NCBI RefSeq assembly: GCF_006345805.1 | Contig: NC_043010.1 | Location: 29,822,001-29,886,000, forward strand | Direction of reading: 5' to 3' | Length of the DNA: 64,000 nt | Source: Octopus sinensis | Taxonomy: Eukaryota | Notes under the pieces: model-generated | The model's input: only the letters and a program-made list of their open reading frames with translations | What the model was told of the DNA's origin: nothing | The model's database searches: none | Shown here: positions 10,783-23,067 of the stretch, one piece after another | Layout: each line of letters opens with the position of its first letter | Numbering within the stretch: position 1 is the first letter of the stretch | Translations under genes and position numbers: made by a program

Positions 10783-13103
10783 TATGTGTGTGTGTGTGTG
10801 TCTTCATAATCATTTCATATCTTCTACCATGGATTGAATAATGAACAGTAATCATTTGTTACTGAGACACTTCTGTCAGAAACTTTTAGTTATACATGTC
10901 ATTTGGCTTGATTTCTATGACTGGATACTCTTCCAAGTGTTAACCACTGTACAATGCATTTTCTAATGGCACAGAGATAGGTTGATTGTCCCTTGTATGA
11001 CAAAACAACAGGGATCTCATAGGTCTACATTTTTTTCTACAGACTTGCCAGTCTCTTTTCAGGGTATAGGGTTAATTTTTTTGTGACTCTCTAGGGTACA
11101 GAGAGAAAGAAAGAGCAATGACATTAGAAGGGTCATAATGAATTGGTGGAAGGAGTAAAATACAGTTCTTTGAGGTGCAATCAGAAAGGGAGCGGTTGGC
11201 ATTATCAGAGGTGAGGAAAGAGTGGGTTACAGCAACAGAGGTGATCTAGGGGAGATGGCTAGTAATACAGAATGGTGAAGCTATTGTGAACTGGGAACCT
11301 TCAATCAAAAACCCTACACCAATCTGACCCTCCTCTTTCTTGGGACGGCTGCTGGCATGTGGTGCTCAAGCAGACCAGCTCATATACTTGAAACTGAGCT
11401 GCAAGCAAAATGTCTATACAGCCAACTAGCCCTCATTTACCTAGTTTATTCATCTGAATCTTACCTCCAGCACTTCATTCTATATCACTGAGTTCTCCAT
11501 CACTTGCCAACTGCAGTATTCTGCTGTTGTAACCAAATGAGAGCAGAACTATAGATATTTTATCATCTTTTCTGTGAAACAAATTATCTTAATCACTACC
11601 TAGAACCACTGCAATTGACTTCCATCTTTCATTCTTACATTATCCATCTTCACTCACATTTTACATTGATCACTCCACCTGTCTATGCCACCAAATTATT
11701 TCTCCATCTCCACTGGATCACTTCATGTTTATCTGCTCATATCACCCTATATCTCTCACTCTCAACCAATGCACTATGTCTTTCTCTTCACTCACACTCT
11801 TTCAACTTCTTGCTACTCATACTATCGTAACCTACCCCTCCACATGTCATTTCTTTCTCTCCATCATGCTGCTCTTCAACCTTCATATACTGTCAATTAG
11901 TACCTACTCCCCAAATCATGTATTTCTGATTATCTTTCTGCCATTCATTATGCTGACCTCATACCTTTCCTATTCTCCACTTATCATCTACCTTCAATCC
12001 AAATCATATTTTATTATGGACATCCTCCACCATATCAACCCATGTTCATCATTCAGTATAATCACACTCCTACCCTATTTCCTATCATCCCTCACCCTCT
12101 ACATACACTCTTGCTACCTCTATCAAGCTTCTCTTCCTATTCTTTTGCCCTGCCACCCCGCAGGGTCAACTCTTACATCTCATCATCATCATCTTTACTT
12201 CACTTTCCAGCTCCACAAATTACACTCACCTCCTCATTTGTGTGAGCAGCTATATATCTCTTCTACAGTAAGAAACCTGTTCTGGCTCCTTCTTCATACA
12301 CTAACTTTCATCACCTAGCAGACACCTTCTTTTCTACTGTAGCCTTATGCAGTCAATAAGTATCATAATTGTGCAAGGCTACATCATTAGTGCTGGTGTC
12401 AAAAAAAAAAAAAGGGTGCAGTACACTTAGAGTATGATGCTATATACACACACACACATACAAAATTATGTATATGTGTGTGTTTGCATTTCCTTGTTTT
12501 GGCATTGCATGATAGCTGTAAATTAGCATTACCATCACACAATGCGTAGCGAAGGTGAAATATTACCTCATTTGAAAACAAGTGAGGATTGGCAACCAGA
12601 AGGGCATCTAGCCATATAAATCTGCTTCAACGAATTCCGTCCGACCCAAGTGGACATCAAAACAAGGATGATGGTGACGTGTGCGTATGTGTGTTTACGC
12701 ATGCATGGACATAAAAGTATAAGATCTATATATACACAAATAAATATATAGATATATATCTACATATATACATACTCCGAGATGTCATTTAAAAAAAATA
12801 TATAGATTCAAAACACACAGATTTCTATATTTAGTTCATACACACAAATTTTGTAAACATATCAATTCATATAAGTATATATATATATATACACACACAC
12901 GTATGTATACATACACAAATCATATATATACATTTATGTATATTACATATATATAAATACATACGTACGTATATATACACAAATTATATATATAGTACAT
13001 ATTTATAAATTTTGCGAACAAATATATCAATTTATATGTATATATATGTATATAATTTTATGTGTAAATCAATATAAATACATACGTACGAGTATATACA
13101 CAA

Positions 13104-13135
<32 letters not shown>

Positions 13136-13298
13136 GAAAGGTATATTGTACATAAATTTACATTTCATAAATATCATAAATTCACGTGTATAGGTTTTAC
13201 GTTAAAGATATGTGAGTGTGCGTATAACAATTTATTAGTGTAATATGCATACATACACACACGTGTGTGTCTATATATATGTATAAATATAAATATTA

Positions 13299-13337
<39 letters not shown>

Positions 13338-13440
13338 ACACATACGTACGTGCATGTTTGTATGTGTATTCAATAAAGCAAATTTATATACAAATATCAA
13401 TAACAATATACAGATGTGGTAAGGAAGAATTTTTAGTTAC

Positions 13441-14376
13441 CTTGTCATATGTGTTAATAATTTACGGAGAGTTTTGAAATAATTCTTCAACTGTTTCTAT
13501 TGTTATGTATTTTGATTCGTCTTTTTCGAAATCGGTTAATTAATTCAGCAACACATATACTTTGAATAACACAGTTTTGTCCTCTCGGCTCTCACTATAA
13601 ATATTATTACTATTATTATTACTATTACTATAATTCCGATTGCTCAACCATTCATCACAAGAAAACGTTTTTAAGACAATGTAAACAGATCAGGGCATTT
13701 TTGTCTGGTTTTTAAAGGTTTCGACCAGGCATTTTTTTTCTTCTTTCTTTCTCTTTTGTTTCCTTGCTGTTTTTTACAAATATAAGCGTAACGCAGTGTC
13801 TTTCATGGCCATATCTCACCATATATCTTAGTGAAACAATAAAGCGTAGAAATATTTCGTTAATTTCTTGATAAGTTAGTATTAAAAAAATTACTTTATC
13901 AGAGAAGAGAGAAAAAAAATTTTGACTTGGAGACACACAGACAGATAAAGAAGAGCCGGTGTCGGCGGTGAATAGTTATGTATAAAAACAAGTCCGATTT
14001 CCTTTGGTGACGTACATAAAGAATCGGGAAAAATTCTATTGTTTATCTATCTCAGAAAAGACAATATATTTCTTTATACATACATTTATTTATACATAGT
14101 TGGTTTATGAGTGTATTTTCATTAAACGTAATTAAACAGTGTTTGCTAACTGCAAGTTTTCAATCTTACACAACTAATGTCATTATAGATTTTTATCTTT
14201 GCGTATGTCAGTGTAAAACTAAATAAACAAGGGTGTGCATATATATTTTTACATATGTGTATTTACCAATGTGTATGTATATGTGCGTGGATGTACGCCA
14301 CACCCTCCCTCCCTCTCTCAGCTTTCATTTATCGTTCCGCCTCTCATTTGCCGACTACAACCACATCGCTAGCAAG
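13441..14376. promoter_or_regulatory. Candidate bidirectional promoter / divergent non-coding first exons of ZNF A and ZNF B
   Basis: TE-free, CpG-retaining unique DNA bounded by outward-facing donors: minus CAAG|GTAACT (13441/13440) and plus AAG|GTAAGT (14376/14377). Confidence 0.5.
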
Positions 14377-14583
14377 GTAAGTACGAGAAACATCATTTGT
14401 CATTCACAAACATATTTATTACATTAGAGACCCACAATATTTGCATTTTTTCAATGCTTTTTTCCCCTCCGAAGGAAAGAACACAAAACAAATGATAAAT
14501 GAAAACAAAATCACTTAAATAATTTAATCTTCCCACTTAAGTAAATTGACAATTCCAACGAAATTTGGAGGAAGGCATGGCTG

Positions 14584-14683
14584 NNNNNNNNNNNNNNNNN
14601 NNNNNNNNNNNNNNNNNNNNNNNNNNNNNNNNNNNNNNNNNNNNNNNNNNNNNNNNNNNNNNNNNNNNNNNNNNNNNNNNNNN
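14584..14683. other. Assembly gap (100 N)
   Basis: Run of n. Confidence 1.
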
Positions 14684-14734
14684 TAGATGTATGTATATAC
14701 ATATATGCACATATATACATACATATATATATTA

Positions 14735-15045
14735 TATAAAATATTATTAGAGACAAAACCACTATTTTGCAAAACAAAAAGGAAAGACTTAATCACTCAC
14801 TTCATAATTGAAACTGACTTGTAATTGGAAGTCCACCTGAAGATTGTCGATCAAGACAAGAACAATTGTAGTGGCGGTTTTTTGACTATTTATTAAAATT
14901 TTATGTATTGATTAAGTCTTTCTTGTTTGTTTTGCAAAATAGTGGTTTTGTCTCTAATAATATTTTATAATATTTTACTATAAAATTGGATTAATCCTAA
15001 ATCTGATATTTTCCCTGTAAATTTGGATTATTCCCTAATTTATTA
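14735..15045. mobile_element. MITE-like element with 61-bp inverted arms
   Basis: 14735-14795 is the reverse complement of 14909-14969 with 2 mismatches; the right side continues into AT-rich terminal-like sequence. Confidence 0.65.
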
Positions 15046-15286
15046 TAATATTATATATTATATATATATAATATCTATATATATATATATTATATGTATA
15101 TATATATGTATATATATATGTATATATAGATGTATATATATATGTATATATATATATATATGTGTATATTATATATGTATATATATGTATATGTATATTG
15201 TATATATATATATGTATATATATATATGTATATGTATATATGTATATATGTATATGTATCTACATATATACATATACATATATATA

Positions 15287-15331
<45 letters not shown>

Positions 15332-15344
15332 CATAATATCTATT

Positions 15345-15411
<67 letters not shown>

Positions 15412-15425
15412 CTATATATATATAA
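15040..15425. repeat. Compound (TA)n microsatellite; similar arrays at about 18900-19370, 21720-21920, 28465-28745, 29400-29850, 39025-39325 and 40090-40960
   Basis: Direct inspection; these produce the YIYI pseudo-ORFs in the ORF track. Confidence 0.95.
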
Positions 15426-16228
15426 CACATTGACAGAATGAGATAAAATCCAAGGCTGTGAAAGATTTTAGAACATTCATAAGAGAAAGTCTTACAGCTA
15501 TTCTGTGATATTTTATATATCCTTTCATTGGAGATGATGCGAGAAAATCAAAAAACAATACCTATTCTAGATAAGATATGAAATAGAGAGTGAAGTGGAG
15601 GAATGAAAATGGGTGTGAGATAAGCAAGGATATTGTATCTCCTCATTCGCATAATCACCGAATCTGGAGCTTAATTATAGTCTGTCCATAGCACTTATTC
15701 AGCATTACCTGACACCTTTGGGGCTTCTTGATACCGTTACCTCTCCTAACCTATATATATATATATATACATATATATCAATATAATATCAATAGAATGA
15801 GTATTAAGCTTGTTCGACTAAAGGCGGTGCTCCAGCATGGCAGCAGTCAAATGCCTGAAACAAGTAAAAGAATAAATGAATATTTCATATACATGCATAC
15901 ATACACACACACACATACACACACAGAGGTATACATACAAACATGCACACACAATGTGTCCATATATACAGAGACTCACATATACATATATATATTCTTT
16001 TACTTGTTTCAGTAATTTCAGTGTGGCCGTGCTGGAGTACCGCCTTAAAGGTTCTTTTAGTCAAAGAAATCGACCCCAGGACGTCTTCCTTTTAAGCCTA
16101 GTACTTATCCTATTGGTCTCTTTTGCTGAACCAATAAGTTGTGGGACATAAACACACCAGCATCAGTTGTCAAGCAAAGGTGGCTGGACAAACACAGATA
16201 CAAAGTCACACACATTTATATATATAAA

Positions 16229-16740
16229 CTAGCAGTATCGCCCGGCGTTGCTCGAGTTTGTAAGGGAAATAACTATATAAGCATTTTTAGAGAGTTACTT
16301 CCCTTATAGATGCCAATTCAGGCTTTCTTAGCCATTTCTGTTTTGGTGTCTTCAAGCCATGAAGTCGTTGTTCTAAAAGAACGCTGGTCTCCTTGACAAC
16401 GCTTTACGATGTTGATTTCCTTACACTCCCTTCCCCACAGCTTCACGAGGGAGGGAAGAAGGGGGAGAAGCAAACAGGTGCAGGTGTGACCATGGACGCC
16501 AACTCCGCCGCCATCGACACACAAAAAATTATGCATTAAAATGGAATAAAAAATGATGTTAAATTATTTTTAAAATCGTAGACTCATCGTAGACGCGCGC
16601 TAATACTCAGACGGGCTCGATATGAATCACGACTATAAGATACCCGAATTTGGTTAAACTGCACCGCAAAATGTGGGAGACCCCCTAATCTAAATCGAAG
16701 GGGACAGACACTCACACAACTACAGTTTTATATATATAGA
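16229..16740 (-). mobile_element. Non-autonomous Helitron (family H1), copy 1
   Basis: Minus strand starts TCTATATATATAAAAC and ends with GC-rich hairpin ...aacgccgggcgatactgCTAG; inserted between A and T with no TSD; second copy at 37613-37999. Confidence 0.75.
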
Positions 16741-16744
16741 TATA

Positions 16745-18899
16745 TCTATTATATAAAAGTCATTATCTGTGTGTTCATGTGCTATTTATAGACTCAAAAA
16801 TTACTGGACTGATCCTAATGAAATTTGGAACACAGATCCAAGCCTAGGGGGAAGGGTAATGCCGTATGTTTCATACAATTTTGAAGGGGCAGAAAGGGGT
16901 AAGAACCCACCATGAATTCGGAGTTTTATGAAATTTGAACCATAGGTATTAGAAATAAATAAAAAAATATATCCAAAATGTCCATTTCTTTGGATGATTC
17001 TTAGACCTCCTAATTTTAGTCATTTTTCATGGATCAAAATTACAGAATGGATCCTTATGATATTTGGAACTTAAATTCAATGCAAAATGGCAGGTATAAT
17101 GCAGTATGTTGAGTTTGAATTTGAGGAGAACCCCCACCCCATAAAAATTCATAAATTTCCAATGTTGAAATTTCAGCCATAGGTTACTGACACAAATCAA
17201 GGAGTATTCCCAAAGTTTTCACTTCTCATGAGGATTCTAAGACCCCCCCCCCCAATGGGGGCCTTAACTCCCATATTTTAGTAATTTTTTTATGATCCAA
17301 AACAAGATCAAAAGTACTGAATGGATCTTCATGAAATTTAGAAATTATATTCTATGCATAAGGACAGATGTAATGCAGTATATGTTTGAAAGTGAGGGGG
17401 CATAATTAAGGCCATAACCCCCATGAAAATTCACATATTTTTGCTGTTGATGAAATTTTAACCATAGATATAAGACACAAATGAAGTAATATTCTTAAAG
17501 TTTAAACTTCATTGGAGGTTTGTAAGACACCTTAATGGGGGCTTAACCCCCACAATTTAGTCATTTTTTCCTAAGTCAAGACAAATAGAATTGTCGTCTT
17601 GGAAGCTGTAGAGTCACCTGAGGATACAAGATGAACGTTATTTGTAATTCAATGGTACAACAGTGTAAGAGTTTGCTTTGAGATATACTTAGATTGTGAT
17701 TTCTGCAAGGTGGTGCATAAATTGTGAAGTAAAGGAGAGGCATCTTTGTCTCCACTGATTCAGTTGCAAAGTGTTATTTTGAGTAAAATTATTTGGTTGC
17801 AACTTCCTTTGAGTCTTTATTATCACTTGGTTAGAGATAGTCCCCAGATGGTACCTATTTCTTTACTATCCACAAGGGGCTAAACACAGAGGGGACAAAC
17901 AAGGACAGACACATGGATTAAGTTGATTACATCGACCCCAGTGCGTAACTGGTACTTATTTAATTGACCCCGAAAGGATGAAAGGCAAAGTCGACCTCGG
18001 CGGAATTTGAACTCAGAATGTAGCGGCAGACGAAATACTGCTAGCATTTCACCCGGCATGCTAACGTTTCTACCAGCTTGCCCCAGATGGTACCATTGAT
18101 TCCAAGGCCTTTCCAGATAAGTGATTGCTCATTCAAAGAGATTTATTGGTTGCAAATTTATTCTGTTCAGTTACCTATCGGCATAGTGATCATTGGTAAA
18201 CTCCAGAAGTGACACTTTCATTTCCCCTTAGCCCTCACGTCACACAGTTGTTAAAGTTTATTTGAGTTGGGTCACACTCTTCCAATTTCACTGGATCCGT
18301 AATGCATCTTGCGGCTGTGCTGGTTACCTGTATGGTGAGGAATCCAACATTGAGGAGTGGTAACAACTAGGGTAGGGTAGCTGACTGCTTATTGTGATCA
18401 TTCATATTTTGGTTTCCTCTAGCTTTGCTCTCTTTTACAAACCCAATGAACATTCATATATTTCTGATTTCAAATAAATTTGAACAATAGATATGAGACA
18501 CAAATTAAAAAAAGATTCTCAACAATTCAACTTCTCTGGTTGACTTTAAGACCCCATAATAGGGACCTTAACATCAACTTCTCTAGTTGACTTTAAGACT
18601 CCCTAATAGGGGCCTTAACTCCCACATTTTAGTGCCTCAAGTGCTCCATTTTTAAGGAGCAAAATCCTTTGGGTTTTATAAGATTTAGATTTTGGAATCT
18701 GGGCATAAAGATAAGTAGTGAGATAAATATGTCATGATAAAAAATTTTGGTAGGGTGAGTAAAGAGGGAAAGAACATCCATTAAAATTCTTAATCTCCAA
18801 TTTTAATGAAATGTGAATCATAGGTATTCCAGTTCATTAGATTAAACTATAAAAGAAAAGTCTATTTCTTCAAATCCATATGACTGGTATCTCTGCTTG
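16745..18899 (+). mobile_element. Non-autonomous Helitron (family H2), copy 1, with internal ~250-280-bp tandem units
   Basis: Starts A^TCTATTATATAAAA and ends ggtatctctgCTTG^T (degenerate CTAG); homologous to 61715-63379. Confidence 0.65.
17856..18080 (-). mobile_element. tRNA-derived SINE (family D) inserted in Helitron H2
   Basis: 14-bp TSD ccccagatggtacc at 17842-17855 and 18081-18094; B-box gagttcaaattcc; empty site in the paralogous copy at 62627-62640. Confidence 0.9.
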
Positions 18900-18935
<36 letters not shown>

Positions 18936-19057
18936 ATATATAATTTTCTTTATTTTACCTTCTTATGACTAGAGTTGCCACATGGAAAGCGTATTCATTT
19001 CACATGTCTAGATAATTTACTTTATATATTATTATTTATGGTACATACATGTCTATT

Positions 19058-19100
<43 letters not shown>

Positions 19101-19249
19101 ATATACATACATACATACATACATGTGAGTGTGTGTGTATATGTATATATATATATATATGTATGTGTGTGAGTGTATATATTGATATATACGTATATTT
19201 AGATATATATGTACATAGATATATATATATATGTTTATAGATATATATG

Positions 19250-19280
<31 letters not shown>

Positions 19281-19374
19281 ATATGTATATATGTATATGT
19301 ATATATATATATCTATCTATCTATATATATATAGATATGTGTGTGTATGTGTTTTTATATATGCATATATCATA

Positions 19375-20922
19375 TCTATATAAGGGAGGATGTGTGTGTG
19401 TGTGTACATGATTGTAATTTATGCACATCCACAAATTAGCACGCATGTTGCTCAAATTTTTGGAGAACATTTGTCAACTCCCTATCTGGGTTTTATCAAC
19501 TTATTTTTACCCCAAGGCACCCGTGGTTAGCATAAATATCTATTTTCAGACATAGCTTTTAGCCACGAAAAATATCATCCTTAGCTTTTTTGCCAGCGTC
19601 TAACAAAAAAAAATAAGATAAAGAAAAGTGGAAGAAGGAGGCAGAGAGTTTCAGGGGAAAGACAAAGTGAGAGGGGGAGAGAGAGAGAGAGTAAGTTATG
19701 ACGTTCATAAAAAATAAAATGTAAAATGTTTTGTTTTTTTGTTTTTGAAAGGCACACTATATTTTATCATCATCATCATCATCATTTATCATCCGCTTTC
19801 CATGCTAGCATGGGTTGGACGGTTCAACTGGGGTCTGTGAAGCCAGAAGGCTGCATCAGGCCCAGTCTGATCTGGCAGTGTTTCTACGGCTGGATGCCCT
19901 TCCTAACAATCATAGTATATATACTTTCTCACACAACAATTACAATATATTTATTTTAAATCATTTATTTATTTTAAATCGTTCATCTTTCTCCTCCCCT
20001 CTCTCTCTCACACACATTACTTTGGGTGCAAAAGAGTTTTGTTTTTAGTTTTACACAGAGTAAAAAAGTGTTTTGTTAACAATCCATTTATTTAACAACA
20101 AAGAAACAAAGAGGTGAGTAACAATTTGTCAGCGAATTACACAATATAAATGGGTACAATTTGTGAAGCTTCCACCACACCCCACTCCGTTTCACGAACC
20201 ACAAAAAGGGTTTTGAGGCCAGAGTAGTTGATTCCACGCAAAAAAACCTGATTTTTTTCTTAGTGAAAATCGTGCGAGTATTAATCTACAAATTTAATAA
20301 CATTTTTTCCATTCATTTCTGTTTATGAACATGTATGCGTGCACAAAACATGCAATAGGTGTACGTACGTACGTGTGTGTATGTGTGTTCGTGTCTGTTG
20401 CCCATATATATTTATATTATATTATATATATATATATATAATATATAGACACATTTTCTGTGCCCTTTAGGTATTTGCAAAGGGAAGCCATCCCTTCCTC
20501 ATAAGCCTTAGTGATATGCACCGGACCGCGGTTTCGAGATTATTGTCTCTTATCAACGGGCGGTAACCACCAGGTCACGATGGAAGGCAGGCTTACTTTG
20601 CAATTCGAAATCAGTGGCAGACGTCACTAGAAAAACTCTTATATATTTGCAAAGCAAGCCTTGCCTTCCATCGTGACCTGGTGGTTACCGCCCGTTGATA
20701 AGAGACAATAATCTCGAAACCGCGGTCCAGTGCATATCACTAAGGCTTATGAGGAAGGGATGGCTATATAATATATATAATATGTATATATATAATATAA
20801 CTAATTTCAACGGATTTCGCCCAAATTTGACGTCTATATTACTTAGTTTGGTTTGAAATAAAGAACTTGATTAGCTTAATAATCGTAACTTAATCCTGGG
20901 CAAGGCTGGGTTATACTGCTAG
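19375..20922 (+). mobile_element. Non-autonomous Helitron (family H3) with nested insertions
   Basis: A^TCTATATAAGGG ... cctgggcaaggctgggttatactgCTAG^T. Confidence 0.65.
20486..20765. repeat. Long inverted repeat (118/119-bp arms, 43-bp loop)
   Basis: 20486-20603 vs 20647-20765: 2 mismatches and 1 indel. Confidence 0.95.
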
Positions 20923-20955
<33 letters not shown>

Positions 20956-20968
20956 GTATGTACCTATA

Positions 20969-21660
20969 CAGAGGTAAGACGCATTCTTGTTTGTTTCTTG
21001 TCAAAGCTTGTTCCTCCAGTATTCACCACCTCACCTCGTTATGGCTTAGTGACCCTTACTGTTTGTTTTCACTGTCCCGTTTTTGTTACCAACTTTGACC
21101 CTCATCAAATCCCAAATTATATTTAATTTGCTTTGCAGGAGCAACAGTATTGACGATGATGCATCTTGTCGTAATTCTTTTTATCTCCCCTTCTCCCCCT
21201 TTCGTTTTTTTCTCTCTCATCCCCTCTCTAATTTTTTTCCTCTCCCCTTCACCGTTCTCTATCTGTCCTTCTCTCTTCCTCCTTTACTCTCTCGTTGTTC
21301 ACACTTGACCATTGGCCATCTTTCTTTTCCTAACTTGAGTTTCTTTCTTTCCTTTCAATCAGCTACAGAGATAAAGCACTTTCTTGTCTGTCTTTTACCA
21401 AAGCTTGTTCCTCCAGCGTTCGCCAACTCACCTCGTTATGGCTTAGCAACCCTTACTGTTTGTTTTCACTGTCCTGTTTTTGTTAAAGACTTTGACCCTC
21501 TGTAAATCCCAAATTTTATTTAATTTGCTTTGCGGGAACAACTGTTTTGATGAAGGCACTTCTTGTCATAATTGCTTGAAATGTGGAGTATATAAAACTG
21601 CTGACAACTGATGAAAGTCATTCTTTATGTTACTTGTCTCGTTTTCCATTTGTTTCTTTT
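20969..21660 (+). repeat. Direct repeat pair (~200 bp, period ~397 bp) flanking a pyrimidine-rich spacer; Penelope pLTR-like
   Basis: caaagcttgttcctccag...gacccttactgtttgttttcactgtcc...aaatcccaaatt occurs at about 20969-21170 and 21366-21570. Confidence 0.55.
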
Positions 21661-21923
21661 GTTGTTTGCAAAAACAGTTCCTATTCCATGTTTTTGTATT
21701 TCATGTTGTTAACGTTCTATATATATATATATATATATATATATGCATATGTATACACATATATGCATATGTGTATACATATATAAGTATGTACATATAT
21801 GTACGTATATATGCATATATATATATTATTTATACTATTATATATACATATGTATATATATGTATATACATACATATATAGATATGCACATATACATGTA
21901 TATATATATATATATATATGTAT

Positions 21924-22549
21924 ATCATCATTGTTTAACGTCCGCTTTCCATACTAGCATGGGTTGGACGGTTCAACTGGGGTCTGGGAAGCCCGAAGGC
22001 TGCACCAGGCCAGTCAGATCTGGCAGTGTTTCTACAGCTGGATGCCCTTCCTAACGCCAACCACTCCGAGAGTGTAGTGGGTGATTTTATGTGTCACCGA
22101 CACAGGTGCCAGACGAGGCTGGCGAACGGCCACGCTCAGATGGTCTTTTTTACGTGCCACCGGCACGGAGGCCAGTCAATGCGGTACTGGCTACGGCCAC
22201 ATTCGGATGGTTTTCATATGTGCCACCGGCACTGGTACCACAAAACTACAAATTCCATTAATGTTCATCGAGTTTGCTTTTGATTTTGTCCATTTTGTCC
22301 ATTTTCACTTACCTCAACAAGTCTTCACAAGTAGAGTTATGTGTCCCAAGAAGGAAGGTATGCATAGGTGGACTGACTACGTCCCAGGTAGGGACCGTGG
22401 GTTATGGCCTCACTTGTCCAGCTGGGTTTTCTCGCGCACAGCATACTTCCAAAGGTCTCGGTCTCTGGTCATTTCCTCGGTGAGACCTAAAGAGCGAAGG
22501 TCGTTCTTCACCACCTTGTTCCAGGTTTTCCTGGGTCTGCCTCTTCCAC
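21924..22549 (-). mobile_element. RTE-clade LINE 3' end (ORF2 C-terminus, 3' UTR, (GAT)n tail)
   Basis: Minus [45 protein letters not shown]; internal gtgccaccggcac repeats; plus-strand relatives at 28770-29375 and 31985-32680. Confidence 0.8.
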
Positions 22550-22929
22550 ATATATATACATATATATATATATATGTATATATACATGTATATATATGTG
22601 TATATACATATATATATGCATATATATATATATATATACATACACACACACACACACATACAAACTTCCATCTCAATCTGTTATAAATAGCAGTAAAATG
22701 GCCTTCAAATTCTATGTTGGAAAAGAACATGACTGTTGCTGAGGTTAAAAAAAAACAGTTATTTATGGTGGGAATATTTTTGATTACAGATTTGCTAACT
22801 CAGAACTGATTTGGTAATTTTAGTATCAAGTCAATTCAAGAATAAACTATATTGTTTTAAAAACAAATTGTTTTGTGAACTAACTGCAAAAATGTTTTAA
22901 TCGTTAAAGTTTTAATGTCTAATGAACTG

Positions 22930-22949
22930 TTTCTTTTGCTATTTTGCAG
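22930..22949 (+). promoter_or_regulatory. 3' splice acceptor for the ZNF B coding exon (exon starts 22950)
   Basis: tttcttttgctattttgcAG|G, 118 nt upstream of the ATG. Confidence 0.7.
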
Positions 22950-23067
22950 GATCGGTTATTATCAATGTTAGTATGAACTGAAAATTAAGGACATTCAGAG
23001 CCGTTTAACATTCATACCTGGAAATAAGGAAAAGAAAGTATTTTCTGGCTTACATCCATAAGAAGAC

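Noticed and set aside
11615-12318. 197-aa hydrophobic ORF and neighbours
   Set aside because: Pyrimidine-skewed degenerate repeat (a similar purine-skewed tract lies at 33240-33780); no domain motif
15023-15433. YIYI-type ORFs here and at 21.6-21.9, 28.4-28.8, 39.0-39.3 and 40.0-40.9 kb
   Set aside because: Translations of (TA)n microsatellites
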